Positions 59,178-64,000 of a stretch of DNA of 64,000 nucleotides are shown in pieces. Each line of letters begins with the position of its first letter. The first letter of the stretch is position 1. The notes under the pieces were generated by a model. It saw nothing but the letters and a program-made list of their open reading frames with translations. It searched no databases and was not told the DNA's origin. A program made the position numbers and the translations under genes. The stretch is from Candidatus Poribacteria bacterium (GTDB taxonomy: Bacteria > Poribacteria > WGA-4E > WGA-3G): assembly GCA_963665235.2 (NCBI GenBank), contig CAXXLX010000001.1, forward strand, positions 640,001 through 704,000, written 5' to 3'.

Positions 59178-61000
59178 TTCAAATCCACGAGTCCAAAATA
59201 AATGAGTTGTGCAAAATAGAAATGAAACGCAATTCTAGGCAGGGGTACCAAACCTTTACTGGGAAGGGACGGTTGGGAAAACAGGCCCAATTTTATACCG
59301 AGCATCGCAAAAACGAAACTCAATCCGAACCACGCCAGATAGTTTTGCAGCGGAATACGGTTATCTGCCCATACCCAATAGTCTAATATTCCCGCCGCGG
59401 GTTCCATAAACAGGTCGAAACAGACCATTAACGATGCCACACACAACGCCAATTTGATGCAACTCGTAACTATTGATTTCGGTGCGATTCTTTGAACAAC
59501 AGCAACCGAGGCAACAAGCATTACAAACCAAGCACACCCAATACAGATGGGGATACCATCAATCGACGGACGCAGTGTCTCCCTGTAGGTATACGCGCCG
59601 AAAATTTGACCTGTCCGAACACCGAGCCATTCAATTCCGAAACTCCCTATAACAACGCATACACTCCAGAGAACAAATTTCCATCTTTCTTCTTGTGGGC
59701 AGCTCCGCCAGCATTCCCAAAACAGCCAAACCGCTAAACCAAACATCATGGGCGCAGCGAGGCTTCGCATGACTCCTTGAAAAACACCGAGTACATGCCA
59801 CAACCCCCCTGCTCCTAAAAGTAGATAAAGCACGCCTATCTTTAGTAGGGGTTGGGTTACCCAACCCCTACCGTTTACCTGCATGTCAATTTGCCGCCCT
59901 TTCCACTCCAAGCGACCCCGTTTGACTTGATAGAATGAATTGATGCCAATCAACAGAGTTGCCAAAACACCCAGCGGATGCAAAACCACACTTGTAAAGA
60001 AGGGGTGTTTGTATTTAAGTGCCAGTACAGCCCGCATAACCATGTTCATAAGGATAGCAACGAGCGATAGCTTCGTAAATGCCGAGAACCAGACAGTGAT
60101 ATAAGGGAGGACGCACATTGTAAACAGGATAAGCACTAGAACAAAAAATGGGAGTGTTTTGTAGCGGACCAGCCCAAAAAGGTTTTTGGAAAATCCACTC
60201 CATACCTCACTAAACGAATGATACATTCTACAACGTACCACACGGGTGCCAGCCGAGGTTAATATTCGGATACCTCTCTTTTTTGCCAATCGGCTTAGTT
60301 CAACGTCCTCAACAATTTGATTTGATACGGCTTGATGTCCATCAATCTGTTGATATGCCTCGCGGGTAAATGCCATCCATAAACCGCTCGCGGCGGCAAG
60401 CGATGGAAAACGACTGAAATATGTCAGCCATAACGGAAGCCCGGCATAAACGAACATGTCAATCACCGGTACCACCAATTTTTCGGCTAAAGTGCCTGTC
60501 ACTTTCTCTGGAAACGCCGACAACAACCCAAGTTCAAATTTCTGCATGTAGGCGACAGTATTCGCAATCGCGTCCGGTGCAGGTTGGTTATCCGCATCGG
60601 TGAAAATGAGTATATCCCCATCTGCCTGCTGGCTGAGTTGATGGCACGCCCAATTTTTCCCTAACCATCCAGCGGGTAATGGTTTACCACGGACCGCCTG
60701 AACTTCAGGATACTTTTCGCTGAACTTTTCAATGATTGTGCCCGTGCCATCTGTTGACTGATCATCAAGTACGCGAATCTCAAAATTATCGTAGTTTTGA
60801 GCCAGGAATCCTTCAATGCAAGCACCGATATTGGTTTCCTCGTTTCGGGCAGGAATCAGCACCGAAATGCGTGGACGGTCCCGGCACTCGCCTGCTTTTT
60901 TCAGCATCGGTGCCGTCGCAGCGTTGAACAGTGTAACCGTCAAAATAACCCCTAGCAACCCGATGGCGATAAACATCAATACAAACACTATTATTACCAA
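59168..61000 (-). CDS. Fusion of carotenoid GT2 glycosyltransferase (CruC-like) and CruF-like hydratase
   Basis: IPARNEE, GWLGKNWAC, FTDAD and WKGR, followed by EWLGVRTG..FG.Y.Y, DLFMEP and PLQNYLAW. Confidence 0.82.
   Translation of the reverse strand: MVIIVFVLMFIAIGLLGVILTVTLFNAATAPMLKKAGECRDRPRISVLIPARNEETNIGACIEGFLAQNYDNFEIRVLDDQSTDGTGTIIEKFSEKYPEVQAVRGKPLPAGWLGKNWACHQLSQQADGDILIFTDADNQPAPDAIANTVAYMQKFELGLLSAFPEKVTGTLAEKLVVPVIDMFVYAGLPLWLTYFSRFPSLAAASGLWMAFTREAYQQIDGHQAVSNQIVEDVELSRLAKKRGIRILTSAGTRVVRCRMYHSFSEVWSGFSKNLFGLVRYKTLPFFVLVLILFTMCVLPYITVWFSAFTKLSLVAILMNMVMRAVLALKYKHPFFTSVVLHPLGVLATLLIGINSFYQVKRGRLEWKGRQIDMQVNGRGWVTQPLLKIGVLYLLLGAGGLWHVLGVFQGVMRSLAAPMMFGLAVWLFWECWRSCPQEERWKFVLWSVCVVIGSFGIEWLGVRTGQIFGAYTYRETLRPSIDGIPICIGCAWFVMLVASVAVVQRIAPKSIVTSCIKLALCVASLMVCFDLFMEPAAGILDYWVWADNRIPLQNYLAWFGLSFVFAMLGIKLGLFSQPSLPSKGLVPLPRIAFHFYFAQLIYFGLVDLKCL
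59845..59871. repeat. 27-bp REP palindrome inside the GT2-CruF ORF
   Basis: GTAGGGGTTGGG-TTA-CCCAACCCCTAC, a perfect hairpin with the same architecture as the REP at 3797. Confidence 0.8.
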
Positions 61001-61003
61001 CCC

Positions 61004-61660
61004 CTAAAGCAAATTCTGCCCTTTTTCTTCACTAAGTATTCGCAACGTCAAATCATCCAGCAAATCCATCTCAGTTTTTTCGAGCCAGTCCATCCCATGA
61101 AACGTATTCATGTCGAACGAATGTACCTCCCCAAAAAGGAAAAACACCTCAGGACGTTTTTCGCCCAGAAACTCGGTACGAATTGCCAAAGGAAGCACAG
61201 TAACGGGTTTTCCATATTCCCGTAAAATCCATTCAACACCGCGCTTATAGTCAAGCGGACGTGTATGCCACGGCACTAATTGGCCTTGCGGAAAAATCGT
61301 GACCAGCGGTGTTCCTTGATGCAGCAGCTCGACGGTGTATTCCAGTGATTCAAGGATACCTTGCCGATGCTTCGGTTCGATCGAATAGGCTCCTATTTTC
61401 GCAAAAAACCTATATTTAGAGAGTTGCTCCTCCAGCATCATCAGATAGGCAGTTCGCCGAAAAATCCGTTTGTTGAGCAGATAAACGAAAAATCCATCCC
61501 ACCAGGTACTGTGGTTAGGCAGCAACAGCAATGGCAGATGAGATGGAATTTCCGGCAGTGCGCCCAAAAGGTGGATTGCGTGAAAATGCCGCTTGAACGT
61601 CCACGTAAGATACGGTTGAAAAATGAGGTCTGCCCAAAGGCGATGCTGTGCACGAATCAT
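61004..61660 (-). CDS. Acyltransferase (PlsC-like, carotenoid glycoside acyltransferase CruD-like)
   Basis: NHSTWWD and IFPQG motifs; located in the crt operon. Confidence 0.82.
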   Translation of the reverse strand: MIRAQHRLWADLIFQPYLTWTFKRHFHAIHLLGALPEIPSHLPLLLLPNHSTWWDGFFVYLLNKRIFRRTAYLMMLEEQLSKYRFFAKIGAYSIEPKHRQGILESLEYTVELLHQGTPLVTIFPQGQLVPWHTRPLDYKRGVEWILREYGKPVTVLPLAIRTEFLGEKRPEVFFLFGEVHSFDMNTFHGMDWLEKTEMDLLDDLTLRILSEEKGQNLL

Positions 61661-62586
61661 TTATGTGTTATTCCGGAGTGCGCTGAGAATAGTTTCTCCT
61701 GCGCCGATAGAACTTTCGTCCGGAGACCCTCGTGTAGTAAAATTTTTATTTTCTGGATTGATGGCACAAAGACCCGACTTAGAAACGGGTTGTAGTCACA
61801 CTCTTCTATTTTTCTTAAGATACCACGGTAAATTTTAGCTGCTGAATAGATTGCATATTGCGATTCCGTTTTCAGTAACGGGATACCGGGCATCGCTTCA
61901 GTATAGTATCCATCAGCACGTTCAACTTGGAACTTCATAAGTGCCCGCAATTGCGGTGTCATTTTCTCGTTGAAGATATCTTGTTCCGTTACGCCGAACT
62001 CTGCCAAATCTGTTTGTGGTATATAGAGGCGTCCCATCTCTTTGTCCTCTTTTACATCCCGCAGAATATTGGTCAGTTGCATAGCGATACCGAGTTGCTT
62101 TGCGTAATCGAAGGCGCGTTCGTCCTTATAGCCGAGGACAGATGTCATCATCAGACCCACAACGGCAGCAACGCGATAACAGAAAAGCGAGAGTTCATCG
62201 AATGTTTTATACCGCGTCTGCTGGACATCCATGGTAACGCCTTTGAGCAGATCAAGGGGATAGGCAATCGGAATGCCGTACGCCTTGGCAACGAGAATAA
62301 ACGCACGAATAATTGGATGTTGAGATTCACCTGTATTGTAAGCGACTTGTAGTTCTTCTGTCAAGAGTTGAATCTCTCTGAGGATTTCTGCTTCAGTCCG
62401 TTGCCGCGGCGTATCAATCAGATTGTCGCAGTGTCGACAGAAACCGTATAGCGCGTAAGTCGCCCAACGCTGTTCTCTGGGCAGCATCCTTGCTGAGAGA
62501 TAAAAACTTTTTGAATAGTGGGAGGTTACCCTGCGAGCATACTCAAATGCATCTCGATTCTCTGCTGCTTTCCATAATTTCTTCAT
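61657..62586 (-). CDS. crtB: Phytoene synthase
   Basis: SKSFY, CYRVAAVVG and MQLTNILRDVKED motifs. Confidence 0.93.
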   Translation of the reverse strand: MKKLWKAAENRDAFEYARRVTSHYSKSFYLSARMLPREQRWATYALYGFCRHCDNLIDTPRQRTEAEILREIQLLTEELQVAYNTGESQHPIIRAFILVAKAYGIPIAYPLDLLKGVTMDVQQTRYKTFDELSLFCYRVAAVVGLMMTSVLGYKDERAFDYAKQLGIAMQLTNILRDVKEDKEMGRLYIPQTDLAEFGVTEQDIFNEKMTPQLRALMKFQVERADGYYTEAMPGIPLLKTESQYAIYSAAKIYRGILRKIEECDYNPFLSRVFVPSIQKIKILLHEGLRTKVLSAQEKLFSAHSGITHK

Positions 62587-64000
62587 GATAAATCCTCCCC
62601 CATCAAATCCTTGGTGACAAGCTTTACCGTCGTTTCTGCTGTCAGCAGCACCCCCGGTACGCCTGCCCCCGGATGTGTATTTGCCCCGACGAAGTATAGT
62701 CTTTGTATATCTTCACTTCGGTTATGCGGTCGAAAATACGCTGTCTGTGTCAGTTTTGGCTCAACGCCCCATGGGCTACCGAGATGGTTGTTCCGTTCAC
62801 GTCTAAAATCCGAAGGTGTGAATGTTTCAAGGACTTCAATTGAATGTTTTAAGTCTGTCAGTCCAAAGTCGTCTTCCAGGAACGTCAGCACTCTGTCCGT
62901 ATACGCTGCCTTCGTTTTCTCCCAGTTGACACCGCTCTCCAAATTCGGCACCGGAATTAGGACGTACATACTCTCACACCCCACCGGTGCCATTGATGCA
63001 TCGGTTTGGGATGGAATATGGAGATACATTGAAAAATCGTCTGGAAGCACCTTATTGTCGAAAATATCATCTATTAACCCTTTATATCTCTCAGAGAGGA
63101 TGAGCGTATGATGCTTTAGTTGCGGATATTTTTTACGAACGCCGAGATAGAGTAGAAATGCGCTCATCGAATAGTGCGTTTTTCTGAGTTTCTTGTCGGA
63201 CCATTTCCTACGATGTTCGAGATTAATAAGTTCGCCGTAGGTGTGTGCCAGATCGGCGTTGGAAATAACGCCATCTGCCTCGTAAAATTTTAACCCAGAA
63301 CGCGGGTTTCCGTTATCATGTATATCCGATGCAAAAACCCCCTTTGCACACCGATTTTCAACGACGAGCTGTTCAACTTCCGTATCGGTTTCGACGACAC
63401 CGCCGAGTTGCTTGAACACATCTTCTAACGCGCGCACGAGGTTATACATGCCCCCCTTGCAGAACCAGACTCCGCTAGTCTTTTCAAGATAGGGAATCAT
63501 GAGGTAAACCGCCGGTGCTCGGAACGGATTGCCCCCGATAAACAGCGGATGAAATGAGAAGGTGAAACGGTGGCGTGGGTCGTCGAAATACCTTCTAACG
63601 AAGTCGTAAGCGGGCATCAATGCCTGAAGTCGTAAAGCACGCGGCAGAAAGCGGAGCATCGTCTGCAAATCAAAAGCCGTTGCACCTAATCCATCTGTGA
63701 TGACAGCGTCGTAGAGTTGACGCGTGTGTGCCATGAAGCGAGCATAGTTATCAGCATCCTTTGCACTGAATCTCGCCATCTGTCGTTTCATCTGTTCGCC
63801 ATTGTCCGTGTAATCGAGAGATGAACCGTCATGAAAGTAGATACGATAAAATGGGTCGAGTTTTACCAAATCAAGGTAATCTTCCATCCGCATGCCAGCA
63901 CATTCAAATACACGTTGAATCAGGTCAGGTGCGGTGATAATTGAGGGGCCCATATCGAAAGTGTAGCCGTTCTTAACGAGTTGATAGGCCTGTCCCCCAA
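62583..64000 (-). CDS. crtI: Phytoene desaturase (N-terminus beyond the window)
   Basis: GYTFDMGPSIIT, HHTL and LYFVGANTHPGAGVPGV motifs. Confidence 0.93.
   Translation of the reverse strand, partial: GGQAYQLVKNGYTFDMGPSIITAPDLIQRVFECAGMRMEDYLDLVKLDPFYRIYFHDGSSLDYTDNGEQMKRQMARFSAKDADNYARFMAHTRQLYDAVITDGLGATAFDLQTMLRFLPRALRLQALMPAYDFVRRYFDDPRHRFTFSFHPLFIGGNPFRAPAVYLMIPYLEKTSGVWFCKGGMYNLVRALEDVFKQLGGVVETDTEVEQLVVENRCAKGVFASDIHDNGNPRSGLKFYEADGVISNADLAHTYGELINLEHRRKWSDKKLRKTHYSMSAFLLYLGVRKKYPQLKHHTLILSERYKGLIDDIFDNKVLPDDFSMYLHIPSQTDASMAPVGCESMYVLIPVPNLESGVNWEKTKAAYTDRVLTFLEDDFGLTDLKHSIEVLETFTPSDFRRERNNHLGSPWGVEPKLTQTAYFRPHNRSEDIQRLYFVGANTHPGAGVPGVLLTAETTVKLVTKDLMGEDLS

Overview
Chromosomal window containing the replication origin. 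The order is rpmH and a divergent dnaA, then oriC (many DnaA boxes plus a DnaA-trio unwinding module), a LivK-type solute-binding lipoprotein where dnaN normally sits, and recF-dciA-gyrB-gyrA. The recurring C-terminal KLTTTWGxxK motif and overall gene content suggest Candidatus Poribacteria (inference). Other housekeeping and metabolic genes are pyrR with its attenuator, polA, a UbiD decarboxylase, ispH, a probable hydroxyproline dehydratase/reductase pair and a carotenoid cluster (crtI, crtB, acyltransferase, GT2-CruF fusion, crtW). The intergenic DNA is rich in small mobile elements: an IsrB (OMEGA) element with its omegaRNA, two ORF-less elements with related ends, a TnpB element, a frameshifted IS1595 and a MITE with similar ends, other MITEs and several GTAG-type REP families. 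The strongest candidates for new biology are (i) a sigma-54 regulated membrane-anchored plus secreted protein pair driven by a sensor-less activator, into which IsrB has inserted exactly between RBS and ATG, (ii) a standalone IsrB-type omegaRNA downstream of gyrA, (iii) an in-frame REP at the GT2-CruF junction, and (iv) apparently catalytically dead AAA+ and HEPN proteins. All protein calls come from motif recognition by eye; no database searches were run.
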